In this document: piece after piece, positions 52,515-64,000 of the stretch
Layout of the letters: every line of letters begins with the position of its first letter
Numbering within the stretch: position 1 is the first letter of the stretch
Assembly (NCBI GenBank): GCA_023515725.1
Contig: JALDTO010000235.1
Coordinates: 646,597-710,596, forward strand
From: Amoeboaphelidium protococcarum X5
Taxonomy: Eukaryota > Fungi > Aphelidiomycota
DNA length: 64,000 nucleotides
Direction of reading: 5' to 3'
Program-made: the position numbers and the translations under genes
Notes under the pieces: model-generated
Databases searched by the model: none
What the model was told of the DNA's origin: nothing
Seen by the model: the letters and a program-made list of their open reading frames with translations, nothing else

Positions 52515-55335
52515 ATGTCAATTATATAATTGGAGGAGGCTTTATAATCTCTGCAGTTGACTTAGTAATCATTTGCGTAAAGTGCATTCAATTAACGCGT
52601 CATAGAGGAGTACAGCGCTAAAGTAAGCAGAGAATTTGATTAGTGATTGATTTCATAATTGTCTAATTGAGTGTAGTAATGGTGTGATTATATATGCGCA
52701 TAAAGTAGTTAGAACTAGCAGCAAGTTATACAGCGGGCCAATTTATTCAGATAATACGTAAGATTCTGTATTAGCCTTTATTTAAATTTTCGGATGATGA
52801 GTATTGGAAGATTTGTAGTTAATGCAAAACAATGGACAGCATTTGTAAGATTTTATTGATCGCGGATTGAGATAGATTTAAGCCTCTGCCACGGATGATT
52901 TATTGATTAGATTTGTACACCACGCGTTATATCAAGGTCCAGTAGATTTATAGTAGAAACAGTTGTAAAAACTTAGATCTAAAGTGAAAAGCCTCATAGT
53001 TAGTTAAATTGATTGCATTGATAGTCAATCGCTGCCTCCATCCACGATCAGATCATTGCTTAGTTGTGCTGGTACATTGATTTAATTTGCGAAATGTGAT
53101 ACCTCCATTCAGGTAATAATTGCGCGTTTGCTTAAGTTGGCTCATCGTTTAGTGTAATAGTCGTAGGTGCCATACAAGATATTGTGTCCTCTCTTTAGGT
53201 GTTTGCAGAATATTTTCTCAAGTGGATATAGAATTGGACCTAACGATTCTCTCCTTGTTCATGATATCAAGCATATAATAGCGAGAGCTCTGTAATCATA
53301 GAACTTATAGAAAGAGAAATAAGTGAGCGCTTATATATCAGAGTAAACATCGTGTGCAGAGTCCAAGATTAGTCAGTTATCATCAAGTAGACTGTCTCCT
53401 TTTGAAAGATTCATGATATAGTCTTTGAAGCTGGTGCAGGCTATTGCTAGATACAATGCAGCGCACATTATTCTTGAGTGGTCAGAACTATTCGTGTAAT
53501 CTTCTTCCTCATCATCAGTCATATCATTTAGTTTGTATTCACTTTTAAACTGTCGCGATGATCTTGTTGTTATTGATGTTTAATTTGCTGCTCTTGACGT
53601 GCTTGCTGATATATGCCGCTATGGACGATCTGTATGGAAAAATGCGGTTGAATCTGATAAAGATCTCTCATTCACTTCACAATCTCTGTATATATTCAAA
53701 ATTATCAAGTCTATTCATGAGCTTCTACTGGGCTTACTGTTATACAAGGTGTTTAACGGATAAGTCTCCGGTAACCAATTTGGTCTTCTCTCTTATGGTT
53801 AAGCTAAACGCGATAGCGACATGGCATTGGAGCCGTTAATGATCTCAGTCAATCGTGGACGGTTGGCTGACCAGTGTAAGCCAGGTAATATAGAACTGGA
53901 ATATGGTAGGCGCGTTGTTTTTGCTTTGGAATCTTTAATTAGTGCTGTACCATATTCTTTGTTCAAGTAAGACTTTTGTGGTAGTATTGCGCGTAAAATT
54001 AAAGGTCTTGATGTTGATAGCATACGCGACTTTATACCGCTGATTCTTAGAATGCTCTGTACGATGCTTAAGTCTTAACTGTCCGATGAATAGAGAAAAT
54101 AGATATAGTCGGAATTGGATGGATTCCTTGAAGTTGCGCTGAATGGAGCTTCCTCCAATAGAGGTACACCACATTTTGACGCCGATCTATAGTCATCAAG
54201 CCTTCAATTTATCACTGAATATCTCAAGGCACAATATGCAATCTATGGTGTCATTTGCGATACTCTATGCCAGAATCTTATAGATATCCTTACCTAAAAT
54301 CTCTCCGTAATCGCGAAGCTTTCTGATACGGACGCATTGAATCTAGCGTTGTTTTTGAAGTAATGTCTCGAAACTAAGGTTATATCATTTGATAATCCTC
54401 TAGTTATGAATTATATATCTCAGCTGTACGATTCGTGGAGAGGCATTCTGCTGAGTACCATCCTGGACATACTTTCTCTGGCTTCTGCGACCGATATTGA
54501 TTAACTTGATGGTAGAACATTTGGATTTTACGCAGCTTTGCTAAATTCTAGTTTTGATTCCGATTCCAATGGTTAGAATGATGAATCTATTATCCTTAGT
54601 GGCTTGGGTATGTTGGGTGTATATGCCTAGTTCCCATCACTGATTACCTGCTAAGACGAGGCTGAAGATTATTTGAAAATTACATCCAGCTTACTCAGCA
54701 AGCGCAACCTGAACATCCGCGCTAAGGCGTCTTGGGCATTGGCTAATGTCATAGAGTAAGCTTAGAAAACTGATTTATATTGCTTGGATCATTCAACACT
54801 ACTGGCGCTAGTTAAATAGATCTTATAGATGAAAGAGGATGTTGATAAGGTGACGTGTCATTTGTGCCGCGTCTTGCGCTCTTGTCTCTTAATACTACCC
54901 ATCTCGATCTTGCATAGAGAGTCTAACAACATTCTACCTCAATGCATCGAGTTTTTACTGCATCAGATTGCATCAGTTAGTCCAAAGACGCGTTGGAACG
55001 CATGTCATAGTTTGTCAGAAGTTTTGAGTCGATAAGAGTTGGTCAGTTTATTAACATTGCGCATTATTTAATGTATTGTCGACTCTATATTCTCGTGTAT
55101 ACAAAGTTGCCGTAATTATAAAGTTTGGATCTACGCAACGTCATGTTTGGTGCATTTGCGTCAGTCTGGTGATCAATGGTTGTCGTTGAACAAAGACCGA
55201 GTATAACTGCTCCAAACCATAGCTGATGCGGGTGGTAAACTGATGATATCTGATGGCGATAGTCGATCAAGTATTGTAAATGAACAAGAGTACCAGGAGA
55301 AGCTTCATAAGAATATCCTAGATACACTGCGTTGA
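52515..55335 (+). CDS. HEAT repeat protein, HEATR6-like; introns 52623-52676 and 52758-52818
   Basis: Long helical-repeat ORF with NIRAKASWALANV, PKTRWNACHSL and CRNYKVWIYA, resembling the HEATR6 C-terminus. Confidence 0.72.
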
Positions 55336-55362
55336 TTTTAATAAAATTGACTATTTAGAATA

Positions 55363-58014
55363 TCAATATATTTCAGACATTATGTTCACAATGAGAGATG
55401 TCCATCCTGTGAATGGATGTGATCTTTAGCCTTTACCATCTGTGGGCGAATACTACTCCCACAAATGTCCAGTCTCCTTATATTGCTTATAAACGTTATC
55501 GATCAGATTCTAACGCAACTCTTTGTAGATAACTGAAGCTTTCTTTGCCAGATCACCACTGACACCATCTATATTACTTCTATCGATATGATGCAATTTG
55601 AGAGCACGCAAGACCAAAAAGTTGATGTTCATCCAAATAGGACCGCGCCAGTAATTTTCACCTTGTCCATAGTATTCATCTTAAAGAGACAGAGAACGAA
55701 TTCCGTAATTACTCCATAGCTATTCTGGATCTTTGATTAGACTTAGAACTGCATCCAAACGATCAGGGTGGTCTTTCGGACTGATCATATCAAACATGAA
55801 CGGAAACAGACTGAGGTATCCCTTATGTACGACAATAGATTGACCATCCGTAATGCTGTCTTTATTCTTCAGCTACAAATCTCCATACGCCTTCTCTTCT
55901 TCATCATAGAAATGTTCATTAATCACCACAACAATCTTAGAATGGATATCTTTAAAATACCTGACATCCTGTTCATGATCCAAAAACTCTGCAATACTTT
56001 TCATCATATCAGCATACATTCCAATCCAACTGGTCAAGTCGAGATGTAGCTCATAAGAAGACATTTCGCCGCGAGGATAATCGTCAATTCCTGATGGAAG
56101 ACAGTGAGTAGCAGTTCGTCCTCTCCAGCGATAAACCTCGGCGTCTTTAACCACTTTACCATCCCGAATCAATTTGCCGCGCTGAGTTCTTCTATACCAT
56201 TCAAAATTGAGTTTAAACTTGGGATACACCGAAGTCAAGAATTCTTTGATAGCTTGTAATTATGAAGCGCCCCCCGTTGATAGTTTAGGATCTATACCAT
56301 ACTCTGATAGAACAATCTAATCACCAGAATCCAAGTCAAATTAAGATGTCTCCTTCATTCTGCGAATCATTGAAATGACGGGCAATATGAGAGTAGGTGG
56401 ATTAGCAAAATCGGGATATTAAACTTGAAACTCGGCGGGAACTTTACTCCTTGCCTCATCTCCCAGAATTTACTCTCTCGCAATCCACCCATCTTCATTC
56501 ATCAGGGATAGCCACGACTTGAGCATATCCATAGTGAGCCGCATATCGAATGGCTATATGACAAGATGATGAAATCCCTCATCCCATAAGAAACCTCTAG
56601 GGAAGAAAGATCTTGACGGTGTGGTGGTGTACAATTCCATCTAGCCAGTCCTCTCTGGATGTCCAGTTTTACGCCCATCACCCTCATCAGCAGACAGGTC
56701 GCCACTATTAGCAGATGAAGACTCTTGAACAGTATCGCCGTCTTCGTTATCGTCCTGGAAAAGCAATCTCTCCAAGTCATCATCTAAATCACTTCCACTA
56801 CCAAGATCAGGTCCAAAACTGTCGGAATCATCCAAGGCAGAACTATCCACGATACTATCGCCTCTAAAGAAACCAATACCGCCCATAACATCACTAAAGC
56901 AGATCTTGGCAAATTCCATATAATCATTTGAGAATTTCAAACTCTTCTAGAGCTAGAATACAGATTCAAACTTTTTGGAATAGACAGCTATCGACTTTGA
57001 AATCATTTCATCACCAGCTTTGAAGAGATTATAAGACTTCTTTACGTCCTTCTCCACGCTTTTACCATGGGTATTAAATGCTATATCAATCACCACATCC
57101 GCTCCGGTATGTACTTGGACTAGAACGAGATTTCCACCAACTGGGGCCTCTACATTCTACTACTAAAAGCGCGGTATAGAGAACATCTGCATCGGTGGTG
57201 GCGGTTGTTCATCTTCAGACTTTCGATTATCCACAAACTGGCGCAGCACTTGGGAAAAATGCCCTTGAAGCAAATCTTTAATCTACCATTATTTTTCAAA
57301 TGCAATGGGAAGTACACTAGATTGCAGAATCGACATTTTATCCGGTGAAGAGGATGATGAGGATTCAGGGTGACTCTTTTGAACCACAACGTTGAACGAA
57401 CTCTAAGAATTATCAGCAATGACTCCTCTAATAACAAGAGAGTCTTCGCTTTAATCACTAGTTGACATCTCAGTGGTTCCCTACACACCACCAATGTAGA
57501 ATATCAATGAAATTGGATACTTGACACCTTGCACGGTAATTCTATTCACCCAATCTTCGCCTACACATAGAAATCATTTAGAAACGCAATAATACAATAA
57601 GATACCTTAAGTCTTTCTAAATACTTAGAAGGAAGTGTTTAAACTTAGTCCAAGTGGAACGTCATCCAATGCTTAAATTCCAAAATCTTTGCCATTGTGT
57701 GCAAGCCAATTGTACTTCAACTGGTCAGCCATCTCACAGGAATGCCTAATCTTTTGGAAGCCATCATAAGAATTAAGAGGAAACCACAATATACCAGTCA
57801 TAAGTTGCTCAGCCGAATCCTGCGTCCGCATACCAAAGTACAAGTTCGATCTATATGTTCCCCAGTTTGAGGAGGACCATGTGAGATTACTGTTGTCACA
57901 TTAAGGCTCACTGTCAACTGAAGCTTGACAAAATGAAGGATACACCACGAATATAAGGAAACTGACCTGGTTCAATACCAGAAAAATGTACTGCTTGACA
58001 CTCAAACTAGTCAT
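55363..58014 (-). CDS. CWH41: Mannosyl-oligosaccharide glucosidase I (GH63); intron 57561-57605
   Basis: WGTYRSNLYFGMR, TPSRSFFPRGFLWDEGFH, GWIAREQILGDEARSKVP, ANPPT, SGIDDYPR, YWRGPIW.NIN, HPFTGWTSL. Confidence 0.95.
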
Positions 58015-58830
58015 TCAATTGTAGTAGTAGTGTTGTTATTGAGTGGAACCTACGCGCGCCAAAGTATGAAGAAAGAAACTGGAATGAATTTCATGCGAGT
58101 TTTAGATCGAAATGAAACAGAAAAAATATAATCGTCCAAATATGCGCCAGTTAGATAGATACAAAAGAAGTTAACTTGGATTGTTAAATTGCTCAACATT
58201 TTCTCTGTTCTTAACGTTCACTTTCACAACTTCTACTATGACTTTTACTATTCATTGCGCGATTTAGTAGTATAGAGTATTCTTGGGTTCATGAAGTTTG
58301 ATACTTTGATCCAAGTATACCGAGAAGCACGAAAACCATCTCATATATATACTCATAGAAGATAAAATGATTAATTGCGTGTGTAAGGCTGAATGCCTTT
58401 TAAAATTACAGTCGCGCCTAATTGTTACATACATTATTTTGTAAATGATTATTGCACATCACTTGATCAGCATACCATGAGTCCATCCAGTTGCTTCTGA
58501 TTAATTTTGAAGAATAAGAATGGTTTCAGTCATTACTTAGCACATGATGTAAATTTAAGATATTCCTCATCGCGTTACCCCATGATGATGATGCCGTTTG
58601 TTTCTCACCATCTTCCCCAACTCGCTCACACGCGTGATGTTCAATCAGCACGGAGATTTTTTGCCAATGACGTCATTTAATTACGCAAATTTAACCACAT
58701 GGAAGCATCTAATCGATTACGGAGTTGTCAATTACATCATTACTGCATTACCATCTTCTTATTTCTACATTTATTATCAAATTATCACAAGTGTCACAAA
58801 AAACAAATCAGTAACTAACAAAGAGATAGA

Positions 58831-59505
58831 ATGACCAAGTACAGTGCTCAGCTATAAGATATTGAGAATGTGAAGCTGCGTTTTGTTGATCCTGCTACAA
58901 ATTAGGCTGCCGAGCAAGAAGTCTCAGCAGCATCCCTCTATAATGATCAGCCTATATTCTTCGTTGTTGTCAGGCGCACTGGCTGCGTTGCGTGTCGCGA
59001 ATTGGTTAACGAAATCATGGTAAATTCTGCCGAGATTAGCAAATTGTATAATGTAAAGTTTGTTGCCGTCATTAAGGAGATCATCCAGGATGACTTGGCT
59101 GGTTACAGAGATTATTTTAATGGAGACGTCTATCTTGATACTGAGCTGGGCATGTTCAAGGCACTGACTGGCGGCAAATTGGTCAAACACAGCCTGTTCA
59201 GCTAGATGTTGCGCGGTCAAATGTGGAAGGGAGTGAAACGCGCTTTGGATAACGGCATTAAGAATGGCTCTCTCTCCGGCGATTCCACTGTCTTTGGTGG
59301 CTTCATACTAGCTGCTAAGGAAGGCGTCTTTTATCAACATTATCAAGAGCTTGGCGTACTTCCGTCAATGAAAGAGGTGTTTGAAGCTCTTTCAAACCTC
59401 CCTTAGTAATATAAGAGAAGTGAAGCATCTCCTGACCATAGCGGAGTGGTGCTCAATGACACCAAGCGCATGGTGTGCACAGATGAAGTATGTGTCCGTA
59501 CCTGA
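58831..59505 (+). CDS. Peroxiredoxin-like 2 (PRXL2/FAM213, AhpC-TSA_2) redox protein
   Basis: VVVRRTGCVACRE (CxxC), YFNGDVYLD...FKAL, GDSTVFGGFIL, C-terminal VCTDEVC. Confidence 0.85.
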
Positions 59506-59702
59506 GCTTGCTAATTTTTGTTATCGGAGCTGCGTGTTGAATGACATTGAATAATCAAATTGTTTCATCATAGTATTTTCTTTCCAGTTGTGATCTTCTA
59601 AGACGCGACTTTTAATTGGTCAGTCTTTCACCTTTCTCTTCTTGTTCTCAAGGTTTTACCTAAAACTCAATTGCTTTCGGTACTTAAACAGTCCAGTCAA
59701 TT

Positions 59703-59952
59703 ATGGATGAAGAAGACCTGGAATTTTTTAAGCAAAGGGAGAAATAAATTCACTTGCAAAACAACGCATTGCCCTGGTGTCTTTAACCGTTTGGGTGTGC
59801 CTTTATGAAGGTTAGTGTTTTAGATCGTTGATTATAGTGTATATGCATAGATAAAAAAAAATAAAAGTTATAATGTGTAGGTGATTCTTTTTGCCGTGAT
59901 ATTTGTGTGGATTATCTATGTCATAAGATTGAGCTACACTTTGTCTCAATGA
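59703..59952 (+). CDS. Putative 59-aa single-pass membrane microprotein; intron 59811-59880
   Basis: MDEEDLEFFKQREKQIHLQNNALPWCLQPFGCAFMK|VILFAVIFVWIIYVIRLSYTLSQ*, with a GTTAGT...TGTAG intron at phase 0. Confidence 0.6.
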
Positions 59953-60110
59953 AGATTGTAAAGTTCATTGTACACATAGAGTCCCGGAAATAATTTTAAT
60001 AAAATAACAATAGATGTGCACTAATCGTAATTTTATTCTCATAAAAATATTATTCCAACTGCTCACCGATTCACCACGTCGCATTATATTCCACCAAACA
60101 GTCGTCATAT

Positions 60111-61020
60111 TCAAGCTTCAAAAGTCAGAGCTAGACCAAACTTGTGAGCATTCTCACCCAGACGAGCAGAGTCAAACTGACCACCCAGGGACACCTTCAA
60201 ACCAGGTCTGACGCTCTGAGTCAAGCCAAGTGACACAATACCATAATTGTTCACCTTGCCCTTGACAAAGGTATCTCTATCCATGGCGTACTTACCACCA
60301 AGCTCAAGATTAACATTGGAAGTGGCAGACTTCTTGTCCCATGCAGCCTTGGCACCAATCTCCAGATCAGCGGCAACACGGTGGTAGTAAGAAGCCTAGA
60401 AGGTGCTGAAATTGTTCACACCATGCAGAGCGACAGAGTAATCAAAAGTAGAATAGCCCAGTGCAGCACCAAACTTGTTCACCTTACCGTCAGCGACATT
60501 GTAAGCAACTTCACCACCGGCAACGAAGCCTTCAACACCGAAAGCAGCATCAGCAGACAGAGTTGGACCCTTGAAAGCGTCCAAGTTGACATTGGTGAAC
60601 ACATGGTCCTGCTTGTACTCAGCACCAACCTTCACAGCCTTCTGGTTCACGTTTGGTAGCACTTGGCCGTTCAGAGACAACTTCAAGCCTTTCACCAGCG
60701 AGTCTGCCAACTCAACTTCACCGCCAAAGACATTGCTGGTGAACCAAGTTCCAGTCACAGTCAATCCTACAAAAGATTTTCTCATTCATCATTAAAACTT
60801 GGGACACATATCAATATTTACCTCTCTACTTCTAAACCATCTTCTGCTTCAATTCTGCAGTAATAGCACCGCTCTTGGCATCTTGATTACCATTGACGGA
60901 GAACTGCATACCGCCAGATGCGGTGGTCTTCACCTCCAACTTGGTCACACCAACAGGGATATCCTTGGACAGCAAGTCACTTGCAGACTTTCCAATTTCA
61001 GAAAATTTAGGTGGAATCAT
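60111..61020 (-). CDS. POR1: Mitochondrial outer-membrane porin (VDAC); intron 60767-60821
   Basis: MIPPKFSEIGKSASDLLSKD, KLEVKT, FVAGGEVAY, FVKGKVNN, HKFGLALTFEA*. Confidence 0.95.
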
Positions 61021-61148
61021 TTCAAAAGCAGTTATTTAATTATTAAAGATTTCTATCTATCAAGTTGTCGCTGTATAAAACGTAAGACTAGACTCTGTTG
61101 AAGAAGAAAGAAGAAGTGAATTAAGGAAAAGCGCACCTCTACGGAATC

Positions 61149-61240
61149 CGAGAGCCGCAAAAGCGCGTCGCTATTTAAAAAGCAGAAACGAATATTTGTT
61201 TCTTACAACTGTTTTTGTTTTTAATGTTCGAGAGCCGCAA
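61149..61240. promoter_or_regulatory. Duplicated 12-mer CGAGAGCCGCAA upstream of VDAC
   Basis: Exact copies at 61149-61160 and 61229-61240 in the divergent VDAC/alpha-kinase intergenic region. Confidence 0.35.
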
Positions 61241-61929
61241 TCAGTGCCTCACATTAATACATAACGTTTTTGCACTTGTAATACGCGAATGCGACTTAAC
61301 AAATTGATTAATTTTTGTGATTACTTTCTTATTTATATCATGCTGCAAAATCAAATGTATTAGTCATGCACCGTGTGTGTGTTGCTTTACTTTAATGTGC
61401 AACTTGCGCAACTGCAGCAGTATTGGTGTAAATATCTCAAGATTTTTAATATAGCAGTATTTGCTCCGCTTCTCTAGTAAAGAAATATATGCACCAAACC
61501 TCAAGCAAAAATTTGCAAACTGTTTGTGAGTAGTGGTTGCTCGATCTTTGTCACAACTGATTGCTTGATGCGTTAATCTCGAAACTGGCGCTTGCAATTT
61601 AACAGTAAGTAAGCGATTATTTGTGATAAATTGTTTTGATACTGAATGATACTTTATTATCTCTTACACACTATTCACTAAACTACTTTTTAACAACGTA
61701 CAATCTTATTTGCGAGATAAGCATACAGGTATAAGCAATGCAGCATTGGGACGCCGTAGTGTTGTCATTACTTGCTGCGCCACCCCCCTTACGCCACTCT
61801 AAGATCTTACGCAATCATATTATTAATAACAGCTCTCATAGTTCAGATAACTAAAACGCGACAAATATACGCAATCTCTTTAGTTGATATCTATATCCTA
61901 GTGTCTTTTGAATAGAATCAGTATCAAGC

Positions 61930-63945
61930 ATGTTTAATCCGTTGTAAGATGTGTTATGTCCCAATTCGTCCGGACTCAAAAGGGAGGACTGTCATTGTGC
62001 TGGATGTAAATCTTGGCAATAGGCGCAAGCCTAGTTGATGCATTCACAAATGCAATTTGAGTAAAAGAAAAAGCTTGCGGTGCAGACAAGAACCGAGTCA
62101 ATGGTAAATAGATTGCACAGTGGATACCAGACTAAGCCGCCGCCCCCTGTTCATAGAAACGGTCCTGGTAGTGGAAATAGAGGTTTGACGCGTAAAAACG
62201 CGCTGGTGCAAATTAGCATTGTCCCTTGTATTTCAGGATCAAAGGTTGGATAATTTAAGCGTCTGGAAAATGTTGGCCCATAGATGATTTAGATTGACAA
62301 GTATAATGACAATTATCAATCTGTCTTAGCATAAGCTTGTGCATTGTTTCACTATCAAGTTGAGCAATCGTCAATTGGACAAAGTCAAATCCACCAAATC
62401 CCCTAATTTGGAGTTGATTTTGACGTAATATAATGGACCCAGAATATTCAATTGGCAGGATGTAAGTATACCTCTAATAAGGATAAGGTGCTATATTTGA
62501 TTCCGTTGGTTGAAAGCAATCGCGTGTAATTGCATCCTAGTTTAAAGAGAAACTATGAGTCTCTACAGTAGCTGAATTTTTTGAATGTCGAGGACTTTGA
62601 TTACTAGTATGGTTTGCCAGATGAGAAGATGCAGGATAAGGATGATTTTGAAATTGTTGAACCGACGCGTACTTTAGATGAGCCTATTATTCAACCTGTC
62701 AAGCCTGTCAAAAAGATCAAATCTGCGCAGGAGTCTACGATCATACCTGTCAGTTCAAATGTTGCGAGAAATAGTTAGATTGAACATAAGAATAAGTTTT
62801 GCTAGTTTGAAAACATTTCCAAGGTGTCCCCTCAGCGTGTAATAAAAAATACGCGCTCCTTGTAAGGCAGTGTGGTTGTGCATGTCTACGACTATGAAAC
62901 AGGCTCCTGGTTCACTGAGGATCCAGGAGTAGTTGGAATGCCAGATCTGGCAGGAAAGACTAACAAAGGGAATATAAAAAGATGCTACTATAATGGATCT
63001 CTGGTCAAGTTTTTTCCAGATCTGCCAGTAGTCTTTAAGTGCGCAATTGATAAGGATGACGATGATTATGGATTACATGCTAGGGAAATATTAAACTCTG
63101 TTTGCGCTCAAAGGTGCTTCCTAGATTTTGACGCGGAATTGATTAAGACGCTGCTGGGTTAAGAATATCTATAGGTTGCTGGTGAGTAGCGTGGAGTTTG
63201 TGCTGGCGTGATGCTGGAGATTAGAGACAAATAAAATGAGGAATTTGGTGATATGGTGGATCTAGCAAAGATATGGACAGTTGAACCCTTCGTAGATGGC
63301 CAATTTGTGAAGTATATCGACAACGAGCATTTTATGCAAATTTGTGATGATGATCAGACTTATGAGGAGAACTTTCGTGAAGAAGTGGCCTGGGCTTTTG
63401 CCCATTACTCCTATTATTGGTTTGAGAAGGAGAACTACGAGTAAATGATAGTTGATATTCAAGGCTCTAAGTGTCACTTTACAGATCTTTAGGTGTGCAC
63501 TGTCAATGGCACCGATTGCAGTATTGGCAATATGGGTTTACCAGCAATTGTGAAGTTCTTCGTTATGCACTAGTGCAATTAGATTTGCAAGGCTTTGCAT
63601 TTAGATGTCGCGACCATTCCGTCTTTAGTAATGGAGAAGATTATGGAAGATTCTCTCTTAATGGATAAATTCGAGTCCACTGTGTTTGGATCTCCAGCAT
63701 AGGCCGCTCCTAATCCTCTTGGATAGTAGAAGACATCATTGAAGTCGGATGTCTCCATAACTTCTGTGTCTAAACAGGTAGAAGTTAATAATCAAGCCAC
63801 TCAGGATTTGCAGATAGTAAAGGAGAAATCTAAGATTAAGTTGGTGGATCCTATTGTTAAAAACATACGTCCGTCTAGCAGAAGACCTAATACGCGTGCT
63901 AAAAATGCTGCGTAGAAGAAATTGCCAACTTTGACTGAGGATTGA
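61930..63945 (+). CDS. Alpha-kinase (eEF2K/MHCK family) domain protein, 671 aa
   Basis: WTVEPFVDGQFVKY, AFAHYSY, MIVDIQG..FTDLQV, GNMGLPAIVKFF.MHQCNQICKAL (Zn-binding tail). The N-terminal region is unrecognised. Confidence 0.88.
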
Positions 63946-64000
63946 GTATTTAGTAGCTCTGGTGGAGTTAACAATGAGTACGTAAAGATAGTAATAGCAA

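Noticed and set aside
58100-58800. Possible small gene between CWH41 and the PRXL2-like gene
   Set aside because: No consistent ATG-TGA model with TGTAG introns or recognisable motif could be built.
61220-61260. GTTCGA tRNA T-loop-like sequence
   Set aside because: No cloverleaf stems or A-box around it.

Overview
Gene-dense eukaryotic nuclear DNA with fungus/opisthokont-like genes, written in a non-standard genetic code: TAA and TAG encode Gln (translation table 6) and TGA is the only stop. The supplied standard-code ORF track therefore cuts almost every gene into fragments. Re-reading by hand with TAR=Gln gives about 38 complete genes plus one possible partial, with short intergenic spacers and 23 small introns (45-77 nt), all ending in TGTAG. 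Fungal-type genes plus this code fit the aphelid Amoeboaphelidium protococcarum or a relative (inference). Most genes are housekeeping (p24, NRAMP, SMC5, POB3, RPS23, MAP2, VPS52, RPN10, beta-adaptin, glucosidase I, VDAC). The most unusual items are: (1) an Msy1/Msy2-type MscS-like channel split into two complete, convergent genes; (2) a full-architecture Ena/VASP protein in a fungal-side lineage; (3) the invariant TGTAG 3' splice site; (4) an excess of Gln codons immediately before TGA; (5) two tandem surface proteins with a bacterial-type beta-propeller-like repeat; (6) a 62-bp duplicated palindromic element in a long intergenic gap. No rRNA, tRNA, CRISPR or transposase was recognised. All coordinates come from manual translation; no database searches were run.
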